A DNA stretch of 64,000 bases from Andalucia godoyi And28 (taxonomy: Eukaryota; Protista; Jakobida): NCBI GenBank assembly GCA_009859145.1, contig VRVR01000001.1, positions 78,463 to 142,462 on the forward strand, written 5' to 3'. Made by a program: the position numbers and the translations under genes. Of this stretch, positions 11,369 through 21,851 are shown in pieces. The notes under the pieces were generated by a model, which had not been told where the DNA came from, searched no databases, and was given only the letters and a program-made list of their open reading frames with translations. Within the stretch, counting starts at the first letter, position 1. Each line of letters begins with the position of its first letter.

Positions 11369-11729
11369 TCGCTAGTCTATGTATATTTCCATCTGTTATT
11401 TATCGTCCGTCACACATGTTGTTTCTCATTTCATAATATCGACGAAGAGTGCAGCGAAGGCGCTTTTCCCCACCCTGCTGCACTCCCTCCCTTCTTTTTC
11501 AAACGTGCACCGTGCAAAAGCAAAGTCTGCGGGGCTTGTGTGAACATTCATCCGACTTGGTATGACGGTGGTCAAATGCGACAGCAGCACCGATCCCCTT
11601 GCATCTTCTCACCGAGCAATTACTATTTGCTACCCCACCAACCCAACCCTCGCCAGATTTCTGCCGCTCTCCCGACTGTCTTGTTCATAGTGTTGCTGTT
11701 TTTTTTTTCTTCTTCAAACCACGCTTTTG

Positions 11730-12050
11730 ATTCAGCAACAGCACCAGTCCAATGAGCATTTCTGCGTTGGAAGAATGGATGAGTCTGCGCAACAACGTAA
11801 TAAATTAAAAAACCTATCGTATGGCCATCGAAACAACAATCGTGCTGGCTGCGTTGCACCGCAGGTACGTGACTCTTTAACTTTGCTTGTCGACGCTCAT
11901 TCAAAACAGTGGGGTCGACTGCTGCCACCTCAGCCACACTACTCCTGAAGCTATCACAATTAAACAGATCAGACACGAGAAATGCTGAGACGGTGCCTGG
12001 CAGAGTAGGCAAGCGTACAACTGCCCGACTGTCGTCCCACTCACCATTCT
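11730..12050 (+). mobile_element. Possible highly decayed Fanzor relic (single copy in window)
   Basis: Frameshifted fragments in Fanzor order: LEEWM..(C)ATT/YNK, WLRC/PQVRDSL, TREMLRR, RVGKRTTARL. No sister copy was seen. Confidence 0.35.
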
Positions 12051-12126
12051 TTGACATTTTCGCTCGTTTCTCTATTGTGTTGGCTCTTGGCTCTTGCACT
12101 TTTCACGGCGCGAACAAGCCATAAGA

Positions 12127-13043
12127 ATGGTATGCAGTTTGGTTCAATAATGCTGGAGTGTTTACTCACTTGTTCTGTTCTGCTGTGAACTTTTTGAATT
12201 CCATTGTCTTTTTTCTTTTCTTTTGTTGTTGTTGTTGTTGGATGAAATAGAGAGCAGTGATTCAGCGTGTTTCGGAGGCCAAGGTGGTTGTGGACGGCGA
12301 GGTTGTCGGCCAAATTGGTCGCGGTCTCTGCATTTTGCTTGGAATTTGCCAAGACGACGTCGACAGCGATGCAGATTACATCATTCGGAAATCCCTTGCA
12401 GGACGATTCTGGCCTGACGATTCGGGAGCGAAACAATGGGCGAAATGTGTAAAAGACATCGACGGTGAAATCTTGCTTGTTTCACAGTTTACACTGTACG
12501 GAACGCTGTCCAAAGGTATGCATTTAGTGCAATGTTGTGCGTTGTCGCTTCTGGCTGTTTTTCCATCTTGTTTTTTTTTTTTTAATCATTATAAGAACCT
12601 TTATGTTGATTGCGTTGCTGGCGCACGAATGTTGTTACTCACAACAAAAACAAAAACAAAAAAACACTCTCCCTCCTCTGAATCACAGGCCAAAAACCCG
12701 ACTTCCATCTTGCTATGAAGACTGATCCTGCTCGTGCATTCTTCGACAAGATCGTGGACACCTTCAAGCAAAAGTACAGTGCTTCCAAAATTCAAAGTAT
12801 GCAGCGTCTTCGATTTCTCCTCAATCGCTCCGTGGATCGAGCCTCGAGATTGGCTATTTACTAATGAACTAATGTATCTGCCTTTACGCGCATCTTATGC
12901 CCCCATTCCGTTCAGCTGGCCAGTTTGGTGCAATGATGGCGGTGAGCCTTACGAACGACGGCCCTGTGACGATCCAGCTCGACTCGGCATCGATGTCCAA
13001 GTCTGCATCGTCGGCTTCGTCTTTGGCTTCTTCCAGCGACTGA
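12127..13043 (+). CDS. DTD1: D-aminoacyl-tRNA deacylase, four exons
   Basis: Exon 1 codes only the ATG (12127-12129), followed by intron 12130-12250. The protein continues RAVIQRV...SQFTLYG, then KPDFHLAM, then GQFGAMMAVSLTNDGPVTIQL, with TGA at 13041-13043. Confidence 0.93.
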
Positions 13044-13207
13044 CTGTAAAATTTAAAAAACGCCCCCTTCCGCTGGCCTTCAAAAGGTTCACAGGACTGG
13101 AGGTGTGTCCCAGAGGCTCCTTTTTCCTTTTTGATTCTTCTTGAAATTTCGTCATTGCGAGTGCATTTTCATTTTTTAAAAATTTCCTTATTCCATCCGT
13201 ATGTTCC

Positions 13208-14487
13208 ATGTCCGAGCCCGAGCCACAGCCACAGCCACAGCCACAACCACAGCCACAACCACAGCCACAACCACAACCACAGCCACAGCCTCCGTCGCAA
13301 TCTCAAGTGATCATTACGGGTCCAGTGCCCAATCCTAAAACCACAGCGCTATATCACGATGTTGTCGACGAAGTCATTTCGCGATTAAAGAACGCTCACA
13401 CAGACAATCCCATCGATGATCATATTCTTCAGCAGTTGCGCTACGTATGTTTTTTCCTCCGGCTTCGTGCTGGTTTTTTTTTCCTGCTTCTTTTCACTCC
13501 ATGATCTAACATGTTTTGAAAAATAATACTTCCCTTTTTCCGCATTCTTCTAAATATCGTATTCAGAATTGGATTCAACGAATGAAGACAAAGGGCGTTA
13601 TTGAAGTTTCGAATCCAGTACCACAGGGGTCATCACCATCGTCGTCGTCTTCTGGAAAAGCGAATCCATCGTCATCATCGTCATCATCATCATCATCCGG
13701 AACTTCTGCGTCTCATCAGGGCGGTGCAAAATCTGGACACGCTTCGAATGATCCTCCGGAAGCTAAGCGGCCTCGACTTATGAATCCGCCAAATTCAAAC
13801 TCAACCTTCAATCCTGCGTATCCTGGTGCCCAAGCTACCAGGATCAACGCCCCACTTGGAACGTCGGGTGTTGGAAATGCGGGCGCATTCGGGAATATGG
13901 AGAATCAGGGACAAACTGAAATGTGGCCTCCTCCTTCTTCTTCTTCTTCCGCCTCGTCCTCGTCCTCTGCTTCTGTTACCGCTGCGGTTCCCGCCGCGAT
14001 CGACCCGTCTTCAGCGACCTTGCCGAACAGTAACGGCTTGCAGTTTCCAAATGCTGATTCGATCGTGAATGGGTCCTTGAGCGCGCACAATCTTCCGCCA
14101 TTGACGAGCGGTGTGCAACTGAATACTGCGAGCCATAGCGGCATCGGAGTGAACATGTACGCGAAGCCCGAGCCTGAGTTTCCACAGACAGACGGAGCAG
14201 GGGATGACGAAGAGGCAGAGGAGGGTGTTGGAGAGAACCAAGCGCTCCTCAATCCAGATGATGATCCAGATGATGGTTCAAGAAACCCTCTGCAAGAAGA
14301 AGAACTCAATTCGGATGACGACTTGTCGGAATCAGATGGTACCACGCGGCACTACGGAGTCACGCAATATGACGGAAAGATTAGGAAGCAGAAGACTGTC
14401 TGGCGATGCTCATTTATGTGTGGAATTCTCGTTATCCACGGTCGAGATTATGCATATCATGCAGCGACGGGAGAATTCAAGTTTTAG
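13208..14487 (+). CDS. GTF2A1: Transcription factor IIA large (alpha/beta) subunit, two exons
   Basis: N-terminal LYHDVVDEVISRL...ILQQLR/NWIQRM spliced at GTATGT, a low-complexity middle, an acidic tract and C-terminal TQYDGKIRKQKTVWRC..GILVIHGRDYAYHAATGEFKF. Confidence 0.88.
13214..13289 (+). repeat. Coding hexamer repeat (PQ)n
   Basis: Run of ccacag/ccacaa units near the TFIIA N-terminus. Confidence 0.9.
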
Positions 14488-14644
14488 TGTTGGTTATGTA
14501 TTCCTCTCCGGGCTCGTTGGGAGGCGAGGGACGAAGGAGTATGCGAGTTTGTGTTTTGTTTGAACAGTGTTTTTCTGAACGGGGGGTGATTCTCGCAGAT
14601 GGATAATTGTGTTTGATGACCGGCGTTTGATGTGTTCCGTTGGC

Positions 14645-14962
14645 AACTTTTGAACTGTTCTTATCGTATTTTATTTCGTTTTCATCGTCCCCGTCTGGCT
14701 AGAACTAAATAAAAACAAAATCTCCTCTCTTCTTCTTGGAGGCATGACCGAAACTACACGAATGATCCGAAAGAAGAACGATATTTCAAAGCCAGATGCT
14801 TCGGAAATGGCCCGCGTGCGAAACGCTGCAGTGTATCCGCACTTCTTCTCACCAACGACTCGACAAAGCCTAGACGATTGGTTCGTAGGATCCATTGTCA
14901 TGCAAATATTGCAATAGTACTGATATCGGAATCAGTTAGGGATTGATGCAGTGCATCGCAGG
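14645..14962 (+). mobile_element. Decayed Fanzor-type element, family D copy 1
   Basis: Several colinear blocks shared with the reverse complement of 58273-58680: cttttgaactgttcttat; tctgg.tagaactaaataaaa.caaaa; ttctcaccaacgactc; tagacga..ttcg.aggatcc.ttgtca; attgatgcagtg..atcgcagg. Peptide fragments are FELF, WLELNK, ETTRMIRKK and SHQRLDKA. Confidence 0.65.
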
Positions 14963-15644
14963 CCGCATGATCGGTGATTTTTCTATTGACTCTATTGCAT
15001 GAAGAAGAGAAAAAAGGAAAGAGACTTAGTTGGCCAAAGGAAGGAAAGGAGGGTAGTGGAAGAACGGAAAGAAAGATGATGAACATTCAACAAGCAGTTG
15101 AGAAACGGAAAGGAGAGTGAAATAAGAAGAATACCGAAAGACTGAACGCTTGTGCTCATTTGGTCGTCGCAGCATTGAGATCCTGTATTTTACGCTTCTA
15201 TCACTCATGATTCGCACAACGCGCTGCGTGCGCAAACACAAAATTTCTCTGAATAATATTTAACATATATTAAATTAAAAAACATAATAATTAATGACCC
15301 AACTTTCGCGGAGACACAACATGCAAAAATCTGTAGTCTCAGACAATACCCAGCCAAAAAGGCTGTCAAAGTGGGAAGGATTTGTTGGGATATTCTGTCA
15401 TAATCATCAGTATTGTTGCTTGAGATTATAGTTTGGCCGAAGTCGACTTGTTATTATTTCAGCGTGTGGCGAGCCGACCAAGAGTACTACTACGAGCCTC
15501 GACGGAGGGGACGAAAAGGAAAAGAAACGCAATTCCGAAAAATCATCTATTCGTCTTGACCGCCAGCAACCAGACGTTGCTTGCTTGTTTGTTGCACAGC
15601 CATCGTTTCTTGGCTTTGATACTCAAATAGTCGCAATTGCTTTC

Positions 15645-18521
15645 ATGGCTGCGACGTCTGCTCCAGCTCCGGAGCCTTGTTTCATGGACACGATACTGCT
15701 GTGCGAGTTTCATGAGCAGAAAGGACCGTCTGTCCTGTTCACGTATCCCCATCCGTGCCACGGAATTGCACTGGACGATATTGCGATGCGGGTGTTGTCG
15801 TCGGACTATGCTCGAGGAGAGGATATGCGCACGAGCGAAAATTCTCGATGGAAGCTTCCGGAAGACGCAACGTCGTTGCTTACGTTTCCCGAAGAACGCT
15901 GCTCGGGGTATGTGCACATCTTCTCGATCTACGACATCTGTGCTCGAGGATATGCTAGACCGCTTGTGCTAGTGTACTTGTCTCGAGATCATCGGAAAAT
16001 TCGAGACCAGTTCCTGTCGATTTCGCAGGAAGTTCGCGGCTTCTCGTCCTTACTGAAGGGAGGCGCAAGTCATACGTTTATTGCAGATCTGAGCAACAGA
16101 CTGAACGAACTCGAGGGAATCACGGTGGGGATGCTGCAAGATTCAGTAGAAGAAGATCAAATCTCGCTAATTATGCAGTCTCGGAACTTCCTACTCAAGA
16201 ATTTCGAATACATCCGTGAGCGACTTGCTGATATTTTGCTGGGCGGGTCAGGGGCGGATGCTGGCCACTCTGTCCCACCGTCACGGTCCGGATCGCCGAC
16301 TTCTCTCTTCAGCAGGCCGACGATATCAGAGCCGTTGGACTCGATACATTCGTCAGTCGATGACATCTCATTTCACATTGCACGGGTGTTGAGAGTCTTG
16401 CAAAAGCGCACGGGGTTTGAGGATTCCCTTCGAAGCTTGCCCGAAGTGTGTGGCTTGAGTACTTATGAACATGCGATGCACAGGCTGCATCACATCCACA
16501 AAAAGCACCGCTTGCCGAACTGCATTTTGCATTGGGATCGAGAAGACCGGCAAATCATCTCCTCCAGCGTTGTCTCCACATCTTCATTGTTTCGCCCGAC
16601 AATCCTGTCTTCATCGTCCAGCTTTTTGTGTGACTTTTCATTAACTACCGTCCCATCCTACCAGTCCAATCATTTTTCGAGATCCATTCCATCATCTGTC
16701 TCCGCAACGTCGACGGCCGCAGCCACGGCAGCTTCCGGCACCACAGCTGCATTCCATCATCGTGCATCTGGTGGGAAAGGTCCGAGAGAGGATTTCCGAG
16801 GAGGGCGGCATAGTTACACGGGCGCATCAGCATTTTCTAGATCTCACAACACACGCCTTCATTCCTCAGCTTCTCCAAGTCAGCTCGGAGGAGACCAATC
16901 CGAGTATACGCATGGAGAGCCAAAGTTCTTGCTGGAGGATCCCCAGCTGGATTTGCAGTTGAAGCCGCCTACGTCACAGAATCCCCAAAGCTTTCCATCG
17001 GACAGTCCAGGTGAGGATGCGTCGCGCACAGGCCGTCTGGAAATGCCTGGATTGTCCTTGAACCCGTCCCCGATTCAAAGTCCATCTCCTGCTCGAAGCT
17101 CTTCGCCGGTTCTCATCAGTTCTCCGGTTCCCCCACAATCGACGGCGATGCAGCAGCATCCGCACCACCTTGAAGTTGGCTCTGCTTCGTCTGCCTCCTC
17201 TGATTTCTTGTCTGCCCGCAGCTCTTCAAATGAAAGCTTTCTCTCTGCCGAGGATCCTGCCGATCCGGATGTATCGTTCAAGCCTTCGCAGTTCGGGGCA
17301 ACGACATCCGTTGACGAATCGGGCCTTGATGTACTCTCTGGTGGAAGCGGACCAGACTCCGTGTCTGAAGATGAAGAAGAAAGACCGACGCGCGCACCCC
17401 ATTTGGAGAGTTTCTACTTGTCCTTGTTTCGATCAAGAAGGGCTCCTGGTCACGGGCTGCTTGGGTTTCTTTCGACGTATCCTTTGTGGAAGCATATTGT
17501 GTATTCGCTTTTGAGTGGTCGGTTAGTTGTGATTGTGGGTCCGAAAGACCGCGAGCAGGAAGTGCGCCATCTTGTGAGGGCTCTGTCCATTTTTGTCGTT
17601 TTCCCAAGAACCGCGGTTCACAAACACCGGCCTGTGGTGCCTTGGAGAGAAAAGAGCTTACGAATGGACCATCTCGCGTACTTCCGACTGATTGGCTTAT
17701 GCAAGTCTCCGGGGGTTTCGGTACCGAAGGGGCTTGAGCCGTACATAACGATTTACGATGTGCAAGTCAGTGGTCTGCAGGCGCCACTGTATGACGGTGA
17801 TGTTTTGGGATTCATATCTACGCGCAAAACAGCCTGGCCGGGCGAAAGAACATATCTTGCGCATGTGCATACTGTGCTGATGGAATTGTCTTTGAAAGCT
17901 CTCTTGTTTTATCACTACCATGTTATTGGAAAAGTCATTCCATCGCCACATGCTTCATCCTCGCAATTTCAGATTATCCATTCTCAAGAAAATCGGATGA
18001 GGTCGAATACGCCTCCCGTGTCAAGTCCTGCGCCATTCCTTCACTCTACGTCCAATTCTCTTGATACAGGCCTGAAGGCTCGGTTTCGACTGTTTCGGCG
18101 GGTGCGCAATCGCTCGCCGAGCAATGCCTCGGATGAATCCGGGGCATCGTCATCAATATCCTTCCCAAGTTCCATGATGCCAGGCGTGGTTTCCGGCCGG
18201 CAGCCGTCTCGTGAAACGCCCGGTTCACCCCAAAGCGCTGACAGCAACAGCTCAGAAGGTGCCCACAGCTCCTACTTGAACGAGCATTTTGCACTGAGCC
18301 GGTCTTCCATCTCAGAGACCGCAAACGCCATCGATATTCGACGGTCTGATATTAACATGGCAAAATACATGTTGGACGTTGTGCGTGACCAGCAATTCCA
18401 TGACTCTTCCGATCCATCGAAACAGCGCGTTCCTCCAATTATTCGTCTTGATACGAAGACGCCGTTGACGATCTTTCGTCCCGTGACGTTGAGCACCGTT
18501 CCGGTCAAGAAATCTAAGTAG
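15645..18521 (+). CDS. SMCR8: SMCR8/folliculin-like longin-DENN protein
   Basis: N-terminal DTILLCEFHEQKGPSVL, IAMRVLSSDY and YVHIFSIYDICARGYARPLVLVY; C-terminal DENN-like KHIVYSLLSGRLVVIVG. Confidence 0.8.
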   Translation: MAATSAPAPEPCFMDTILLCEFHEQKGPSVLFTYPHPCHGIALDDIAMRVLSSDYARGEDMRTSENSRWKLPEDATSLLTFPEERCSGYVHIFSIYDICARGYARPLVLVYLSRDHRKIRDQFLSISQEVRGFSSLLKGGASHTFIADLSNRLNELEGITVGMLQDSVEEDQISLIMQSRNFLLKNFEYIRERLADILLGGSGADAGHSVPPSRSGSPTSLFSRPTISEPLDSIHSSVDDISFHIARVLRVLQKRTGFEDSLRSLPEVCGLSTYEHAMHRLHHIHKKHRLPNCILHWDREDRQIISSSVVSTSSLFRPTILSSSSSFLCDFSLTTVPSYQSNHFSRSIPSSVSATSTAAATAASGTTAAFHHRASGGKGPREDFRGGRHSYTGASAFSRSHNTRLHSSASPSQLGGDQSEYTHGEPKFLLEDPQLDLQLKPPTSQNPQSFPSDSPGEDASRTGRLEMPGLSLNPSPIQSPSPARSSSPVLISSPVPPQSTAMQQHPHHLEVGSASSASSDFLSARSSSNESFLSAEDPADPDVSFKPSQFGATTSVDESGLDVLSGGSGPDSVSEDEEERPTRAPHLESFYLSLFRSRRAPGHGLLGFLSTYPLWKHIVYSLLSGRLVVIVGPKDREQEVRHLVRALSIFVVFPRTAVHKHRPVVPWREKSLRMDHLAYFRLIGLCKSPGVSVPKGLEPYITIYDVQVSGLQAPLYDGDVLGFISTRKTAWPGERTYLAHVHTVLMELSLKALLFYHYHVIGKVIPSPHASSSQFQIIHSQENRMRSNTPPVSSPAPFLHSTSNSLDTGLKARFRLFRRVRNRSPSNASDESGASSSISFPSSMMPGVVSGRQPSRETPGSPQSADSNSSEGAHSSYLNEHFALSRSSISETANAIDIRRSDINMAKYMLDVVRDQQFHDSSDPSKQRVPPIIRLDTKTPLTIFRPVTLSTVPVKKSK

Positions 18522-18576
18522 ACTGCGCTTCTATATCAATATTTATCAATCGTTTCCAGGTACAGCATCAACATCT

Positions 18577-19943
18577 CTACATGTAAAATCGTTGCTGCTG
18601 CTGGGCTTGCTGCTGCTGGGCTTGCTGTAATGTTTGTGCAACTTGCGTATTCTGCAAGTTCGCAGTGTTTTGCGAAAATTGTTGCTGCTGCAGTTGCGAC
18701 ACCTGCTGAGACTGTGGTCGCATGGATTGCATCGTCAGCGACGGCGGAGCATACATACTTGGTGGCTGGATCCCAGTCACCTGCGGAAGCTGTGGGGCAA
18801 CCATGAAGGGGGGTTGCGAAGTTCGTGAGGCCATCGGATTCGATGCCGTACCCTGTTGGAAGTTCGGAGAGGTTCCCGTGCCCGATGCGGTGAACTGATG
18901 CTGCTGATGCTGCTGCTGCTGATGATACTGCTGCGCCTGCTGAAATTGCTGCTGCACTTGAGCTTGTTGTTGAGCTTGTTTTTGAAGAGCTGACACGTGC
19001 TGCTGCATCTGGATCATTTGCTGCTGCTGTGCATTCAGTCCAGGCTGATTGACATTCATCAGCGATGCGAATGAATTGATTTGTGGATTGTTTGCAAAGG
19101 TTGGATTTTGCACCATCTGCGGGGAGGATTGGACGACGGGTGTCGAAGGAGCTTGCGATGATTTGGATGGTCCTCCCTGGGCAGCACTGCCAAGCAAACC
19201 AGCATTCGGAGTCGCTACAGCAACCTGAGAAGCAGGAAGCTGTTGCTGGGGCCCCTGTACAAATTGGAGCGCTTGTTGGAACTGTTGAGCGCTCATGTTC
19301 GACAATATCTGTTGAAGGGCAGGGTTCTGCATGAGGGAGCTGAATAGTGAAGGATTCAGCGGCACATTAGCAGAATTCGAGATAGTCTGAGATGCGGTTA
19401 TTGGAGTCGGGGCAGGCGACTGCACTTGTGTCTGTACTTGTGTTTGTGTCTGTGTTTGGGACTGCGGTTGCGGTTGCGGTTGCGGTTGCGACTGTGGCTG
19501 GGTATGGAACTGCGGAGTTTGTGGCAACTGCGCTTGGGAAGTGGGAACGGATTGGTGAACGGCCGTTGACAACACAGAGGGTGGTAACGCCGATGCCGCC
19601 GCTGGTGCTGACGCAGACACGGAAATACCCTGGATTTGGCTGTTCAAACCCTGTGAGTTCAATTCTGGAGACAGATGTGTGATAAACTGCATGTACGCCA
19701 GAACATCGCTTGCAGAGCGAGTTTGAACTGCACTCGCGAGCGATCCAAAGTCAACGAACGGCACTCCAGCCCGTAGGGCTTGTTCTAGCCGTACATGTTC
19801 ATCATTGTCCCACAAGAACCGATCCAATGCTGGATTTCCACGAACACCCTGTTTCGCAGATTCGGGAATGGGATTTCCAACTGTGAACTGTACAACACCA
19901 CGTGACTGGGCCGAGGATGCAGTCGGATTCTGAGACCCCGATG

Positions 19944-19980
<37 letters not shown>

Positions 19981-20397
19981 TTGCGGTTGCGAGGGCGGGT
20001 TAGGTTTGGAATGGTCATTTACCGCTGAGACCAACGATGGCGAAATCGCACTGGCAGCCGAAGTAAGTGGAACCCCTTGTACAGGCACGGATTGCAGCGG
20101 TGCTGCGTTTCCAGCACCAGAAGAAACCTTGCCGGACTGCTGAGGATTTCTCATGTCTTGCGTCGCTTGGGAAACGAGCCTGTGAGCTTCTAAAGGGTTT
20201 TGCGCCGCAGCCTTCTTCCAGTCTGTTAATACACCAAGAAGAACCCAGATGTTCTTCTGGAACAATTTCTGATAATGATGTGCTTCTTGAAGCCGCCCGG
20301 ACTTGTGGTGCTCCACACACGCCAGTGCAAATTCATGGTTTTCATCCAGAAGCTAAATCCATTTCTCTCTCCTCCATGTGTATCTCCAAATAATGAA

Positions 20398-20428
<31 letters not shown>

Positions 20429-20622
20429 AAGAAGAAGAAGAAGAGGAGGAGGAGGAGGAAAAAACTCGTAAGTACACTTGAATCAAAAACACACGTTTCT
20501 CTTCATTCGCCCAATCTTTTTTCTCCGAATAACACGAAAAAATAACAAGGACAGAAACATACGCGCTGAATGGTTTCTGGACGAAGACTGCCGCCTGGAA
20601 CATTTGAATTCATCAATGACAT
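18577..20622 (-). CDS. SSXT-domain (SS18/GIF-like) Q-rich protein with an internal SANT/Myb-like segment
   Basis: Exon 1 MSLMNSNVPGGSLRPETIQR ends at a GTATGT donor, and an intron containing a (TTC)n tract is followed by LLDENHEFALACVEHHKSGRLQEAHHYQKLFQKNIWVLL (SSXT signature). Q/P-rich tail. Confidence 0.8.
20398..20460. repeat. (AAG)n/(GAG)n microsatellite inside the SSXT-gene intron
   Basis: Directly visible. Confidence 0.95.
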
Positions 20623-20789
20623 TTTCAATAACACACTTTCAAAGTTCCAGAAGTCCAAAAACAATACTGAAGAGAGAGGAGGGAAAAATTGAACACCAAA
20701 ACGCCCACCGAATAAATAAGGAGAGAAAATGTCTATTGAAGAAGAAGGTTCGCTGGCAAGGATGCATTCGCAGGCCAAAGTTCCTAGCT

Positions 20790-21426
20790 GTTGAATAATA
20801 ACACGTCATTGTCATGCATACGGAAGTATGCATAAACAAACACGGTCAATACTGGCCGACACTAGCACGTTTGTTTCACAGGGAATTCGTGCTTACGCAC
20901 ACTCGGCCAGAATTCAGCCGGTGACACAGGCTCCGCATTTTCGACACTCTTTAACGCAGCATCCGTAGCCATCTATTCTATCATTCGTTGGTTTGGTTTT
21001 TTTGGTGTCACTTTTTAATTCAAATATGGGCGTGAGTGCGCTGCGATGACGCATTCGCCTACGCCTACGCCTACGCCGCTCGATACAGGGCCTCCTAGGT
21101 TCCGCAGACCTCCTAAGAGACCACGTGTCACTACGCCTACCGCCTCTTCCTCTCGTGTCTCCAGCTGCATCAATCGCTGCAACTGAGGACACGAAAGCGC
21201 CTACTGCTAGGGCCGTCAGAATCAAAATGCACCCTTTTCAGGAACAACGTGTCACGCTGAGAAAGTGGCTCACAGATTGATCGAGATTGGGAATGCAGCG
21301 CGGAACATCTATCTGAAGAGCGCCGTGAGGCGTGTTGGGGGCCTATCCCCTTCCCGGCAACGGGGATGCAAGACTGAATATGCATGTCCGTTCGTAGATA
21401 TGCATGTTCGGTGTAGAATGTAGGCG
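20790..21426 (+). mobile_element. Internally deleted IS607/Fanzor2 element, family A copy 2
   Basis: TnpA-like AYAHS (20891) and DTGS (20923), ATG at 21046, HTH ARAVRIKMHPFQEQRVTLRKWL (21206-21271) fused to IDRDW/NAARNIYLK (from 21276), then a 3' tail with a GCAA-capped hairpin ending tgtaggcg at 21426. Confidence 0.87.
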
Positions 21427-21801
21427 AAACAAAAACAAACAAACAAACAATCAATCAATCGTTAATTTAGCAGTCGGGAGTCGGGGCCCCGCTCGCTGCC
21501 AAATCGAGTCAAATTCCTCCCCTTTTGAGTGGGACATCCGTGGTGTCTGCGCACCTCAAAACAGAAACAACCTATTTTCCTGTTCAGAGCTCTCGAATGG
21601 ATCAATGAGTGCATTCGTTAGAACCGTTTGGACTTTGGGAACCGTGGGAAACTAGGGGTTTCAACGAGCTTCACTGTTTGCCGTTCCGCATTTTTTATCC
21701 ACTTGTTCATTCTCTCTCTCTCTTTCTCGATCTTTCATTCTCTGTTTCAATCGAGCGGATATTGCATCGATTGTTGATTGAAAATGGTGTGCGCCACACA
21801 G

Positions 21802-21806
<5 letters not shown>

Positions 21807-21851
<45 letters not shown>
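21807..21851. repeat. (GA)n microsatellite
   Basis: Directly visible. Similar GA/CT tracts lie near 27755, 31208, 47449 and 58128. Confidence 0.95.

Noticed and set aside
15076-15145. Box C (ATGATGA) / box D (CTGA) snoRNA candidate
   Set aside because: Purine-rich low-complexity interior, no terminal stem and no recognisable rRNA antisense element.
20780-21435. Classical TIR/TSD MITE interpretation of the dispersed repeats
   Set aside because: I saw no terminal inverted repeats or target duplications. The ends are asymmetric and the contents match IS607/Fanzor.
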